Assembly (NCBI RefSeq): GCF_037042905.1
Contig: NC_087250.1
Span: forward strand, 10,294,001-10,358,000
Length of the DNA stretch: 64,000 nt
Direction: 5' to 3'
DNA from: Lytechinus pictus
Lineage: Eukaryota
The position numbers and the translations under genes are program-made. The notes under the pieces are model-generated. The model did no database searches. It saw nothing but the letters and a program-made list of their open reading frames with translations, and was not told the DNA's origin. Shown in pieces: positions 14,298 through 30,259 of the stretch (within the stretch, counting starts at the first letter, position 1; the number at the start of each line of letters is the position of its first letter).

Positions 14298-14751
14298 TTT
14301 AGTCTGGGGAAATAGTCTCCTTATTACTGTAGAGAAATCTTTACAGGCATAAGAAGGTTGCCACACATGTCACAACCTAAGAACATAAAACTTTTTTTAG
14401 CTGCTCTCAGTATTCTTAGTATCTCGAAATTTTTGAATTTTGAGACAACATCCTTGCCATGACTTGTTTCATGTATTAAATTCCCTATTCTTGTATTAAA
14501 TTACGTATTCGACTATCCCAATATTGATGACTTGATGAATGGTTCAACAACGTTTGGCACAACTGTAGGCACTTTTTAGATGCAATAATTTGGTAGAGTT
14601 TGTTCAACATTCATCAAGTTACTTTGCCCGACATTTCCCTTTACTTAGAACACATTATTGTGTTTTGTTTCTGTTTTCAATCTCATTTTCATATTGTATT
14701 TCATATTTGTTCATAAAACAGACATACGGAGTACCATCAAACTACTTTTAA

Positions 14752-15360
14752 CCCTAATAAGAGTGGGGGTGATTCAGCCCCCCTCAACATTTTTTTGCTC
14801 GCTGACTTTTTACTTTCGAAACTTGCGCAACTTTTGAGATCAAAACTGCGACCCCCGGGTACGTGGTTCCAAAATTACGCAATATTTTGTAAACGCATGC
14901 AGACCCGAAATTGCTCAAAAACATGAATTCGTATACAAATCCAATGCAAAGTGTTTTTAGACAAAATTCATAAAATATAAAATCATTTTTCCTTTTACTG
15001 TTAAAAATCAATGAATTTCATCTTGTTTACAGTCAAAATAAATGTGATGTTGGAAATTTTTAGGGTATTGATCAACTTCCTATAAAGAGTCTGTGAACCA
15101 AAATTTAGCATTTTAGGGGCATCATTTAGTTACTTAGAGCAAACTTTTGTTTTACACATAAATTAGCATTATTGATTAGCAATATGAGATTTTTCGCAAA
15201 ATTTGATGTTATAGTTTTGTAGGTTATGCCATGGGTAACGCGCTTGCCAATTTTCGTCGCGATCGCACAATCGACAGCCGAGATCATAAGGGGGAGGGCT
15301 GAATCAGCACCCCCCACCCCCCGTCTTCTTAGGCGTCATAATAGCCCAGTCTATTTAGGG
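14752..15360. mobile_element. piggyBac-like MITE (TTAA-CCCTA...TAGGG-TTGA)
   Basis: CCC/GGG termini at a TTAA-like site; subterminal inverted GATTCAGCCCCCC / GGGCTGAATC. Confidence 0.65.
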
Positions 15361-16043
15361 TTGAAATCAACTGAAAGAGAGGAAACTACACAAATTATTA
15401 CTACACCAAGCCATCTTCCCATGAATCACCTACACAGAATATTGTGTATTACATGATAAGGCAGTCTGAATATCATCTCTAAGATATGACTGACTGACAC
15501 AAAATGACAAATAGAAATCTGTCTTGCATTCACGATTTCAATTTCAGACAATACTAAAACCAAGGAAGATTCCTAAACACAGAAGTATTGAAATACTGAC
15601 TTATACTTTTGCACGTCCATTCAAACGTTGTTTGCATGATTCTATATTCCTGTTGAACTTGGGACATTTGACAGACTTAATACGACAGAGTGATTTACCT
15701 CACTTAGTGTGGTTAAACCGAACGACCTTTGACCCTAACTTCCACAATGATGAGATGTACAAAGCAGGTTACTAAGGTCACTTTGCTTACAATGTTCATT
15801 AGGTCAAAGGTCAGAGGTCAGATAACAAAACACAGATCGTATCTACAGCAGTAGCAACCCATCTCGACCTCACATTAACTCAGAAAGGAAGAAGTAATAG
15901 ATTCCTCCACGACAACAGTTGCACATTGAAGCGAGGCGCTAGGTTGGAAACAGGGATATCCTCAGGAAAAGCTTTGATTCTCCTCTCCACACAACGAGCC
16001 CCGTTTCATGTCCGTACTAGTCCCAACAAGTACTGATACCGAT

Positions 16044-16374
16044 TCACTTTCCGCTCATGCGCATGGCATTGTACGCCATCATCTCCCCTGACATGGCAAG
16101 TGAGCCCCCTATCGCACCCTCCAAGGCCTGCATGCCGTCGGGGCCGATCAAGTTCATCTCCGGGAGCCGCTCCCGCCGCATGATGGTGTCGATGGCTCGG
16201 CAGTGGGGCGTTGGGCAGGGTTCCGGAGTGTAGGTGAACATGCGGCCCGTCGGGTAGATGATCCCATCCTGCCGGACTAGCATGATGTTGACCTGGGTCG
16301 GACGCTGTATGTACCTCCATTCGCCGCAGAGCGCCGAGATGTCTGGCACCACGCAGAACATGAGGTCGGCATTT
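16044..16374 (-). CDS. Su(H): Su(H) terminal coding exon 11 (NADLMFCVVPDISA...LVRQDGIIY...FTYTPEP...MSGK*)
   Basis: Signatures CVVPDIS, LVR.DGIIY, FTYTPEP; TAG acceptor; TGA at 16044-16046. Confidence 0.97.
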
Positions 16375-16475
16375 CTAGGAGAGGAGAATAAACAGAATAC
16401 ACAACATATGGCTGTCAACCTTAATTGTGAACAAATCTTATTCTTTTTTATTCTGTGAGGACAGTGTGGTCCGTC

Positions 16476-16750
16476 GGGGCTTCGTTGTCTAGTGATTACG
16501 ACTCTTGGCTTTCAATCAGACGGACGTGGGTTCGAATCCCAGCCATTGGTTTAATTTCCTTCAGCAAGAAACTGATCCACAGTGTGCTGCACTCAACCCA
16601 GGTGAGGTAAATGGGTACCGGTAGGAAGTTATTCCTTAAAAAGCTGTGTGCGCTATGAACGCCTAGCTTAGCCGGGTAATATAGGAGCGCCTTGAGCACC
16701 TAACAAGGTGGATATGTGCGCAATATAAATACCCTATATTATTATTATTC
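16476..16750 (+). mobile_element. tRNA-derived SINE, followed by a partial second copy to ~16840
   Basis: B box GGTTCGAATCC, CAACCCAGGTG...AATGGGTACCGG core, (ATT)n tail. Confidence 0.85.
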
Positions 16751-16945
16751 CAAGCCATGGCATGTTTTCCTTCAGCAAGAAATTTACCTACATTGTGCTG
16801 CACTCAACCCAGGTGAGGTGAATGGGTAGCCGGCAGGATTAATTTAATTTAACTTAAAAGTCGACATAGCTGGCTTTCCATAGCTGTGGTTGATCGGATC
16901 AATCGTAACTCTTTGTGAGATGGGACCCAGGCATACGTTTTTTAA

Positions 16946-17531
16946 AGGAGAATGAAACCCTTGAAACCAGCTGAATCCATATCAAAGAGAAAAATCAAAG
17001 AAACATATTGTTGAAAGTTTGAGGAAGATTGAATGAATAATAAGAAAGTTATGAGCATTTGAATATTGAGATCACTAATGCCATGTAGTTCCTCCCATTG
17101 GCAATGCGACCAAGATCTGTGATGTCACGCACGTACAACTCCCTCATTACTTTAGTTCTTATTTCACTTATATTCTCACTTTTATAGAGTCTATCACAAG
17201 GTGAGGTGTTCTCTTTATGAGAGGACAATTAAGTACAGAGGTTTCACAACATTATATCATTGATGAATCGTTTGTCATGATTAGAATGAGCAAAAAGAGA
17301 TGTTTTGGGGTATATTTTCAGTGCCCAAAAGGGGAGAGTTGTTCATCTGTGACATCATAGATCTTGGTCGCATTGCCAATGGGAGGATCTCCATAGCATT
17401 AGTGATCTCGATATTCAAATGCTCATAACTCTTCTATTGCTAGTCCTATTTTACTCAAACTTTTGTTGATCTTATTCTTTGATTTTTCTGCTTTCACAAA
17501 AGCTAACTTGCTCCAAGAGTTTCATTCTCCT
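16946..17531. mobile_element. Kolobok-like MITE (AGGAGAATGAAAC...GTTTCATTCTCCT), TTAA TSD
   Basis: TIRs and TTAA flanks; inverted near-identical copy at 43560-44148; diverged relative at ~30452-30890. Confidence 0.88.
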
Positions 17532-18782
17532 TTAAACTACATGTACGGTATCTTTGTCATTATTATAACTAGCCTTGCTTGTGATTGGCTTCTCAGCCTG
17601 GTTACCATGGTAATTGCCATCATGGCAAATTTACCACAGTTAGAACTCTTAAAGGAAACCAAAACACAAGAAGAAAAGCAATCTTATTGGAAAGAGTAAA
17701 ACAAGAGGAACAATTTAAAACCAGTTTCATCAAAATTGGTTATGAATTAGGCAAGTTATGGACGTTTAAGAAGTCCTGTTTGTACTTTCTATGGGGATCC
17801 TCAAATTGGCAAACATGCTTCAAAATGGCTGATTTTGTGGACAACCTTCCATTTGATTTGTACACAAATTTTCAGATTATCCCCTTTATTCTACATATTT
17901 CACATCATCTCCTCCTGACCTTGATATCTGTGGTGTGAATTATATTTTCCCATGACATATGTTATGCTCAGAATGATCTAATATGCAATTTTAAAGATAA
18001 AAGGGAAAATCTGAAAAATTGTGTACAAAACAAATGGAGAGTTTTGGTTTCCTTTAATCAAACTGACCCTTGAATACAGACTGGTTGAAGACAAACTGAT
18101 TGGAAACAAACTAGTATTAGACCATATTGGATGCGACCAACCATGGCCCAGTCTTACAAAGAGTCACGATTGATCCGATCGACCTCAACTACATTGAAAT
18201 CAATCCATGTCATAATTTTTTTTCTCCAGGAAATTTTCATAATGTCCTTTATACACAAACAGAAGCACACTGAATTTTCAAGAAAACAATGATTTTACAT
18301 GCATGAATATCAGGGTTCCCAGCTTTTCAAGAAAAAAAAATCCCTGATATTCATTTAAACAAATTCCCAGTTTCGCATGTTTTCGAAGTTGTTGCAGTGA
18401 ACCACATGTATTTTCAGTATAAAAACTGTACTGCAGTCAAAGAGGCTACACTAAAAAACCACCATAACCAGTCATTCAATGGATGTTGTTTGGATATGCA
18501 ACAAAATATAGCAGAGTCTGACTGAATACCATGCTTTTGTCTTTTGGATCGATCAAAATTAGCTGAGTTTTCCCTGACTGGAAAAAAGTAAAATAATTTT
18601 CCCTGATTTCCCCGATGGGCTGGGAACCCTGAACATACATCATATCTAGAAAACATTGTAGCTGTTGATGTTGCTGGCTTTCCATATTTGCCGTTGATAG
18701 GATTATCAGAACTCTTTGTAAGACAAAACCCACAAGGTAGACAAAGTGGGGTAGACCAAGAGGCAATTTCCCAAAGAACTTA

Positions 18783-19280
<498 letters not shown>

Positions 19281-19290
19281 AATACATACA

Positions 19291-21392
19291 CAGAGCTGCC
19301 AACCTTGTGCAAGCAAAAAAAGGAATCATTATGGCCAAAAAAAGGAATTTCCAACAAAAAAAAGGAATGTGTTAAAACGAACCTTAAAACCACACACGAC
19401 AAACATCCAATGCAAAAACTATGTATGCAGTGAACAATTAAAAAAAAATTAATCTCTAGGCCTAGTCTGGGCTAAGTAACGGAGTGTTACAAATTGGACC
19501 CTTAGTCTTGGGCCGTTTGATATAATCTACCAACTTTAATTAAGTCAGTAGCAGGGCTTGAATTAAGAATTGAGAGGGGCAAGGCCATTTTTAAATGGGC
19601 ACTTTCAGCTTAAAGGCAACCGGCAAAGTGGCCTTGGATGCCCAAAAATTTCAAGGGGTATCAAGGCCATTCTAAGGGCATGAAGGCCACTTTTATTCTA
19701 GTCAAATGGGCACCTAGGCAAATTTTTCCAAAAATGACAAGTAGGCCTTTCATTTTGTAGTGCAACCTACTCCGGCACTTATCAAAGTGAGGATTTGTCG
19801 AGAAAAAATTATTTCAGGGGCACCAAAATCAGTTCTGGTGAACATTTTTAGGGCTCCATTTTTCTGGGGCTTCCTTTCCACTTCTAAAATAATTCATTGT
19901 TTTATGTTGAGTTTCCTGACAAAACTACCAAATTGTAGACTAAGAGAAATTAAAAAAAAAGTTGACATCAATTCAGACTTCTCTTCCCAAGTAACATTGT
20001 TTTTGCCAAACAGTACCCTTTAAAATTAAAGTGTCATACAATGGAAGTGTACATGTAACATTCCACAAATATAGAAAAAAATTTCATAAATTAATCTAAT
20101 CTAAAATTCAAATAGATCTATAGATAAGAAGTTGAAATCATTCCACAAAAGTCCCATCGTAAATCACTTCACGATGTGCACAGCTCAGCCTCAATCACAC
20201 TGCACGCACACTCAATCATCCCCAGCAGTGACAGCACTATAGAGCAGACATCTAGGCCGCCAGAACCGGGGAAGAAATCTTCCCATTCCTGCTAAACTGA
20301 ATGCTAAAGTGCCGACTTTTTAAATGAATTCCAAAGGCAGGAGGACATCTCTCTAGTATAAATCATGTGAAACTATCAATAAATGTTGAATATCACCCAG
20401 AATTATTACTTCAGGGGACAATGAAGAGCTTTCCAGGTCTTCTCAAAGCCGAATTCATCGTATTTGTTTGATACGAGTTGATGAAAATCAACCAGACAGT
20501 ACCGTTATCCGAAGGGAATTGATATAAATCAATTCAAGAAAATAGCCTCAAAATTTCATTTCTTTATCACTACAATTAATTTTAAAGTATATGAAAAATA
20601 TATTTTGATGATTCAATCTTTAATATGTATGATGAGTATTTTTGTAAAATTTTGCAAAAGGAATAATAATTTCCCTCAAACCTCAAAATCTCCCTCCATT
20701 ACAAATGGACTCTTCTCTTACTACATTTGGGGAATTACCCTACCCAATTCATCGTACTCCTCGCTCTGCGCTGCAAGAACAAACGTTGGCTCCACTCACC
20801 TGAAGAGTGTTGGCCCGTGCGTAAAGACAATGTATTAGCAGTAACGTTAGATCTAACATTCGGCGGAAATCCGATTTTCGGATTGTTTTTTTGTACATAA
20901 AACATCACTTTATAGGAAAGAAATTACATGCAAATTTAAGATAAAATATATAAAATTCAGAAATATCGTACCTTAGACCGCAGTTACTGTTATTTCCTTT
21001 CAAATGATGATCAAAACATAATCATCCTCGATCCTTTTGTTTGTCATCGTAAGTTGCCATCTTGGATGACGTCATCATCCTTACAGACGTATTTACCAGT
21101 CGCTATACATCGCGATTCGTACCATGCATGCCGCTCGCATATTCAACTAACGTATATGTACGTGCACGCTATCAAATTATTAAAGTGCGTTGGAAAACCG
21201 GCCGGCGGGCGACTACGCACGTGCAAGTACCAGGCTCATCTCGGGCTCAACACGCACGTCACATACATACAATTATGTACACACATTATCAAAATTGTCA
21301 AAAAACGTAATTTGAAAAGAAAAACCATAATGCCGTAATTTGAATGAAAAAACGTAATGATTACGGCAAAAACGTAATGGTTGGCAGCTCTG
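19291..21392. mobile_element. 2.1-kb non-autonomous DNA element, TIR CAGAGCTGCCAACC, 6-bp TSD CATACA
   Basis: Perfect 14-bp TIRs; cataca at 19285-19290 and 21393-21398; relative with CAGACCTGCCAACC TIR at 31836-32165. Confidence 0.8.
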
Positions 21393-22097
21393 CATACAGT
21401 TGAGGCCAGAAGTTTACATACACCCAGGAAATTCAAAGAAAGGTTGACACTTGCCAAACATCATAAATTCACTGTATCTTATAAAATATTTGTGCTATCA
21501 TGACAAATTTGATATCAAACAAATGAGTATGTCATGCCCCTTCATTACATTGCTTTGTCATCAGGAAAAAAAATTAGGTGTCATTTGTGCGAAAAAAATC
21601 TTCATATACTACGTTTGATACATCGTGAGACAACTGGTTATTTCTTCTACTCAATCCTTCACCACGATGAACCTCTTCCACAAATATCTTCATATTTTAG
21701 ACAAATTAAAAATAAAAACTTTACAAAAACAGTTCATATTTGTGCTAGTTACTTCTCAACAAAAAATTTCAGATTACACTTTTTTGTTCAGTGGTGACAT
21801 ATCATGATATAAAATGTAATATACATAGATTTGACACAAATACATGTATTACTTTTTGGCACGAATATTACTTTTTTTTCTTCAAGGAATGTTCCACCTG
21901 AAATGTACTTTAATCCTAAAGGGCATCCCAATCATGTGAAAGAGCTTAATAATACACTCTGTCATTTGATACAAATTAGTCAAGTAGTTATATTTCTGCA
22001 GATATAGTAAATTTACGATGCTTGGCAGGCGACCAAATTTCATTGAATTCCATGGGTGTATGTAAACTTTTTGCCTCAACTGTATATGTAGATCTAA

Positions 22098-22486
<389 letters not shown>

Positions 22487-23019
22487 TTATACCATTTTCA
22501 GTAACTCCGGATGAAATTTTGCAGATTCGGTGCATTGAAAAAAAATCAACAGTGTAAAAGAAAGGAATACGGCCTTTTCGTTTGGTACACACATTCATCA
22601 TAATGAACAGTAATTTCTAACTCGTACTTACTTGAATTATATTCCCCCAAAATGAAACCTATTGTGTAATTATGATACATACAGTATAATAATTCGCCAT
22701 TAATTTGAAGTTTGCGTGCATGATAATGATGAAGCAAAAAAATTGACTTAATTTTCCTGCCTTCAAAATTCGATGCATCGATGTTCGATCAAAATAAAGC
22801 TGTCGTACACCGGTTTACAAAATAATCGATACGACTCCGTCCTAATTCAGAGTGCATGTTAATAGCTGAAATCAATGTTTATATATAATGTAACACTCCC
22901 TTGGGGTCTGTTACACAAAACTTAGCAATCGATCACAGAACAAACACGCATGACAGACTGCATTGACTACTATGTACAAAAAATTACAAATATCAATCGT
23001 AAGATCAGTCACTGTGTTA

Positions 23020-23794
<775 letters not shown>

Positions 23795-23798
23795 CAAT

Positions 23799-24202
23799 CG
23801 GTTTATTTCCAATTCGTCTAATGCCGATTCGTCCCATTGCCAACTCATCTACTATCATTTGGTCTACCATCAGTTCGTTCACTATCCACATGGTCTAATT
23901 GCAAATTCGTCCACTCACCATTTCGTATAATAACCAGTTGGTCCAATAGCCATTTAGTCCTTTTACCATTTGGCCTAATTGGACTAAGTGTTAATTGTGC
24001 AAAATGAATGAAAATAAAATAGATATTAGACCAACTGGTTATGAGACGAAATGGTCTTAGATGAAGTCGTGATTAGACAAAGTGATGATTGGACCAAATG
24101 GTTGTTAGACGAAATGTTGATGGACGGAATGGCATTAGACTAAATGAAAGTAGACCATGTGGTGAGTGGACAAGTTGGCAGTAGAAGTATTGACAATTTA
24201 CC
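23799..24202. repeat. Degenerate palindromic repeat built of short GTCTA/TAGAC-type units
   Basis: Left arm gtctaatgcc/tggtcta motifs, right arm ggcattagac/tagacca; relative at ~42040-42500. Confidence 0.6.
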
Positions 24203-25299
24203 ACACAATCATTGTAGTGATGGCGATTGGCCTAACTTTTATCATGTTTTGTCTATTTTTTTCTTCTTTTTTTTCTAGGTAGAGATAGAGGTTGAGGCAG
24301 AGATGACGAGCTAAACTCTTATACGCAACATTTATGCAACAGTGTTTCTTAGCGATTCATACTATTGGTTCCATGATATTTGCTCCAGCGACAATTGCTC
24401 CGCGCTAAATTCCACACATGAAACGAAAAACCAGCTTGAGACCTGGGCCCGTCTTTACAAAGAGTTACAATTGATCCAATCAACCACAACTATGGAAAGC
24501 CAGCAACGTCAACATCTTAAATACATGTTTGTTCAAAATATTTTCTAGATGTGATGTATAATCATACATTCATGGTTTTCTTAAAAGAGCAGCATACTTC
24601 TCTTTGTTTTTAAAGGACATTGTGTAAATTTCCTAAAGAAAAAATTATGACATTGATGGACTTCCATATACTTGAGGTTGATCGGATCAATCGTAACTCT
24701 TTGTAAGGCAGGGCCCAGGTTTTAACACTATACCCTACCCTAAACCTAACATAAAACCCTATTGCAACCCTAACCCTACATCTCAAGACGAAATCAAGCC
24801 TGGAGCAATTGTCACAGGAGCAAATGTTGTGTCACCATACAATTACCCGGCTTTAGCACGGCTACTTTCATGGGGGGCTCGAGCGAGCATTCAAGGATTC
24901 CTAGCAGGTACCCATTTGCTACACCCGTGTCACAGAGAAGCACATGTAGATAGATAAACATCTTCCAAGTGCTGCAGGGAGATTTGAACACCAGACCCTG
25001 TGGTTCAAAGTCCGGAGACTCTTATGTGAGGCTCCCACTGCCGATCAACTCGGTTAATTCCGATTAAGATATATATATTTTTCATATTCATTTATAAATT
25101 TCTGCCGTTTGGATATAATCACCCATCTCAAGCACTAGTGAATATTCACTAGTGCCTGCGATGGCTGAAATTGTATCTTCTATGGCTAAAAAATTAAGTT
25201 TAAAAAGCCTGAATTCATGTTTTAGTCCAATACCTCAGTCACCATTTCCTCTACTGCCGCCGTACAGCAAGTCGAAAAAAAAAAATTTATCTAATTTTA

Positions 25300-25890
<591 letters not shown>

Positions 25891-26499
25891 CCATCTTATT
25901 TACTACATGTAGGGGCAAGTCAGTAAAGTCTTGACAGGATTCATCTTTCCTAGCATGCCTTTAAATTTGATTATGTCGTCGAGAGCAGACTGCAAATGCA
26001 AGTAAGAATACAATCAGAGAAGCTTAGGTATTTGTTCCTATTTTATCCTGACAACAGTATTTACAATTCGGTGGATTCACAAAACGGTGCGCCATCTATC
26101 GGTTGCAGCGGACAGGCTGAAATTCGCTATGGCTAATGGGAAAAGGTCGGCACCTCTTGCACACGCTGGTAATAAAGTGCATGCACGAGATTATTCAGGG
26201 CTTGCCGACGCGGTTTGACCGGATATGCTGTTTACTAGGGTCCAGGAGGTGGGAGAGAAATTTGCCCTCATATTTGTGAAATTTAGGCCGTTTTTGGTGA
26301 ATTACTGCCTTACGAGCTTCTTTTTGAAGCATTACAGTACACTAGCACTGTGCGCTGCCTGTGATGTTGACCATGATGTTAGACAATCAGCCTCTTCGCT
26401 GTAACCGATGGATGGCACACCGTTTTGTGAATCCACCTAATTGGGGGCAAGCACCATAAAAAAAAGAAAGATCGTAAATGATCACCATTTCATACTTAC

Positions 26500-26637
26500 A
26501 GAGATGAATAGTGAAGGCTCCCCACTGTTGAGAGCTTGCCTTGAAGTTATTGTTCTCTACGTGTAGATACCTGGTGCTCACGGTCTGCGATCTCAATCGA
26601 TTGAAGAGGGCCACTGTCGACCCAGACTGAATACATA
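26500..26637 (-). CDS. Su(H): Su(H) coding exon 6 (CIQSGSTVALFNRLRSQTVSTRYLHV...WGAFTIHL), beta-trefoil domain
   Basis: Signature VALFNRLRSQTVSTRYL; CAG acceptor, GTAAGT donor; 138 nt, phase 1-1. Confidence 0.97.
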
Positions 26638-26695
26638 CTGAAATTTGAAAATAAAAAGTATGATTATCTACTAAAGGCAACTTGAAGGACAACAG

Positions 26696-26792
26696 CTGCA
26701 ACCTCAATCGATTGAAGAGAGCCACTGTCGACCCAGACTGAATACATATTGAAATTTGAAAAAAAAAGTGTGATATTATACTAAGGCAACTT
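26696..26792 (-). pseudogene. Degenerate copy of the exon 6 5' end plus acceptor
   Basis: Matches 26585-26683; encodes ...VALFNRLR; acceptor CAG changed to CAA. Confidence 0.92.
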
Positions 26793-27061
26793 TGACCCTT
26801 AACAGGTCGGGCTTTTTGGGTGTTAGCTGACCGCCGATTGGCATGATAATAGTGTGGGATGTAATCTACAAGGCTATTTTATTCATGAGTCCACTTTTCA
26901 GATGGTGGACTCATGAATAAAATAGCGTATATTCAACCATGGTAACAGGCGTCAATTTGGCGCACTGTGACAAAGGCGCGCATCAGTATTGGACACTTTT
27001 TTAGTACACACAGTAAATCATACGTAATTTATATAGGAAATCTGCATTAACCATGGGTTCA

Positions 27062-27352
<291 letters not shown>

Positions 27353-27461
27353 TCACGATTAAAGATTACATATTCAAGATTAAAGTTTATTGGAGGAAAC
27401 ACATGTTCACAATAGAATAGCCCACCCCCCAAAAAAAATGATATTAATAAAAATAATTATC

Positions 27462-27630
27462 TATCCTCCCTGTTTCCGTAAAACATCTTCACACGAAGAA
27501 AGAAATCTTTTCTTGTCCGAGTCTAAAATGTATAACGTCTAATCCGTAATAATAAAGATTCAAGATTAAAGTTTTTAGACCATTGGAGAAAACACATGTT
27601 TACAATACAATAGCCCCCCCCCCAAAAAAA
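27462..27630 (-). pseudogene. Degenerate copy A of the exon 5 5' half plus upstream intron
   Basis: Matches ~27247-27440 with a ~12-bp deletion and loss of the acceptor AG. Confidence 0.9.
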
Positions 27631-27653
27631 AAAAAAATAATAATAATAATACA

Positions 27654-28992
27654 ACAAGTGGAACGCCTCTGGCAGTCTCGCCTGCATTATGCAATTTAAT
27701 ATAGCAGCAGTGCTAACTTTGAAAACTACTATAAAATAATCATTCACAAAAACATCATTCATATAATGACATAATACCACGTTCATTGACCATAAATGAC
27801 ATTTGAACGGAGACTTAAGACTGTCAACTACACCCATGTCCACATTTCATTCACTCTATCCATAAACTTTCAAAGTTATGATGGCACTTCAACAATTACC
27901 CCAACATGGCCTAAGTTTATTGACCTTAACTGACCTTTGACTTGGTTTTGTGACCTGAAACTCACAGGGGATGTTCAGTGATGCTTGATTACTCTTATAT
28001 CCCAAGTTTTATTAACTAGATCCATAAACTTCAGAGTTAGGATGGTAATTCAACAAATACCCCCAACACGGCCAAAGTTCATTGACCTTAAATGACCATT
28101 GACCATGGTCATGTGACCTGAAACTCGCACAGGATATTCAGTGGTACTTGATTAACCTAATGTCCAAGTTTCATGAACTAAATCCATAAATTTTCAAAGT
28201 TATGATGGTAATTCAACAAATACCCCCAACTTGGCCAAAGTTCATTGACCCTAAATGACCATTGACCTTGGTCATGTGACCTGAAACTCAGGCAGGATGC
28301 TCACTAATACTTGATTAACCTTATGTCCAAGTTTCATGGACTAGATCCATAAATTTTCAAAGTTATGATAGTAATTCAACAAATACCCCCAACTTGGCCA
28401 AAGTTCATTGACCCTAAATGACCATTGACCTTGGTCATGTGACCTGAAACTCAGGCAGGATGTTCACTAATACTTGATTAACCTTATGTCCAAGTTTCAT
28501 GGACTAGATCCATAAATTTTCAAAGTTATGATAGTAATTCAACAAATACCCCCAACTTGACCAAAGTTCATTGACCCTAAATGACATTTGACCTTGGTCA
28601 CGTGACCTGAAACTCGAGCAGGATGTTCACTTATACTTGATTAACCTTATGCCCAAGTTTCATGAACTAGGTCCATATACTTTCTAAGTTATGATGTCAT
28701 TTCAAAAACTTAACCTTCGGTTAAGATTTTGAAAATAATTTTCCCAACATGGTCTAAGTTCATTGACCCTAAATGACCTTTGACCTTGGTCATGTGACCT
28801 GAAACTCAGGCAGGATGTTCAGTAATACTTGATTAACCTTATGTCCAAGTTTCATGAACTAGGTCCATATACTTTCTAAGTTATGATGTCATTTCAAAAA
28901 CTTAACCTTAGGTTAAGATTTGATGTTGACGCCGCCGCCGCCGCCGTCGGAAAAGCGGCGCCTATAGTCTCGCTCTGCTATGCAGGCGAGAC
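27654..28992 (+). mobile_element. Helentron-associated (HINE/DINE-1-like) element, family 1, with an internal 163-bp tandem array
   Basis: Subterminal inverted repeat GTCTCGCCTGCAT / ATGCAGGCGAGAC; terminal hairpins; units phased at 28051, 28214, 28377, 28540. Confidence 0.8.
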
Positions 28993-29002
28993 AAAAATTA
29001 TC

Positions 29003-29130
29003 TATCCTCCCTATTTCTGTAAAGCATCTTTACACGAAGAAAGAAATGTTTTCTCTTGCCCGAGTCTGAAATGTATCAAGTTTTAACGGCACAGTAATCC
29101 TGTATAACAGTGATAAAGATTCAAGAGTTA
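29003..29130 (-). pseudogene. Degenerate copy B of the exon 5 5' half
   Basis: Matches ~27247-27380; keeps CAG and reads DYCAVKT then TGA. Confidence 0.88.
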
Positions 29131-29494
29131 TTAAAACCGTTGCAGAAAAGACTCTCTGATGTCCCGGCCTTCGAAACACAAGGCATTTTCACGTTTCCGT
29201 ACCAAAAAGGTTAGCAATTAATCATATGCTTGATTTTCAGGATTGATTGTACATTGTAGTCAATGCACAATCAATTGGAGAAAAACGTTCAAAGATCATT
29301 GCTATGCCTTGTGTTACGGGCCCCAGATGAGACTGAGGAGGAAGCATTAGCGTCTGAGACTCGAGACGAAACACTCACTAATTCCAATCAAGGCACTGAC
29401 TTTACTACCATCCCCCTCCTTTACTTTCCCTCACATCCCTTTTGTCCCTTCCTTGTTCTTTTAATCCCCCCCCCCTCCTTATCCCCTCTAAACA

Positions 29495-29580
29495 ATTAAC
29501 CTTTTCTTCTAATTTTGAGTTGCAGCATATGTATCTTGATCACTGTTACCGATTCCAATAATGTAACAGATGTGACCAGA
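29495..29580 (-). pseudogene. Degenerate copy of the exon 4 3' end plus donor
   Basis: Encodes [13 protein letters not shown]; tcttgatcactgttaccgattcc identical to exon 4; donor decayed to AAG|GTTAAT. Confidence 0.85.
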
Positions 29581-29646
29581 GTTTCCCAACCCCTGGCCCT
29601 CCGTACCCCTCCTCCAAGCTACCATTCTGAGTTGTTGCACACCATG

Positions 29647-29958
29647 GCGCCCGTATTCTGAAGTCGGGTTTAACTTAAACTCAGGTTTAAAGTTGTGGTT
29701 TAAGTATGGGAAGCCAATTGTTACATAAATCACTAACGATAGAGATATCATATCTCAGCTCATTTGGCTCTCAAATCATTCATAATTGTCTAGGAAGTAT
29801 ATCAGATTATTGTCTTCACCATCAATGAATCAGGAAAGAGCACAGTAATCATAAGAAACATACAACTTAATTAAAAAATTGATACTTTTGGCTTCCCATA
29901 CTTAAACCACAACTTTAAACCTGAGTTTAAGTTAAACCCGACTTCAGAATACAGGCCC
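29647..29958. mobile_element. PIF/Harbinger-like MITE, uninterrupted copy
   Basis: Long TIRs; same family as 2828-3706. Confidence 0.85.
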
Positions 29959-30028
29959 ATGAATCTTGTAAAAGGACTACCCTCTCCCCACCCCTCGCGC
30001 TCCATCCCCACCCCTTTCCCAGCCACTA

Positions 30029-30259
<231 letters not shown>

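Noticed and set aside
3849..16043. Defined 12-kb Su(H) 3'UTR ending at the AATAAA near 3850
   Set aside because: Many candidate poly(A) signals in AT-rich DNA; cannot be fixed without transcripts.
16006..16320. 104-aa His-rich alternate-frame ORF
   Set aside because: Overlaps Su(H) exon 11 out of frame; no independent support.
27462..29580. Mutually exclusive alternative exons or a second Su(H) paralog
   Set aside because: Copies are partial, carry indels or stops, and lack one or both splice sites.
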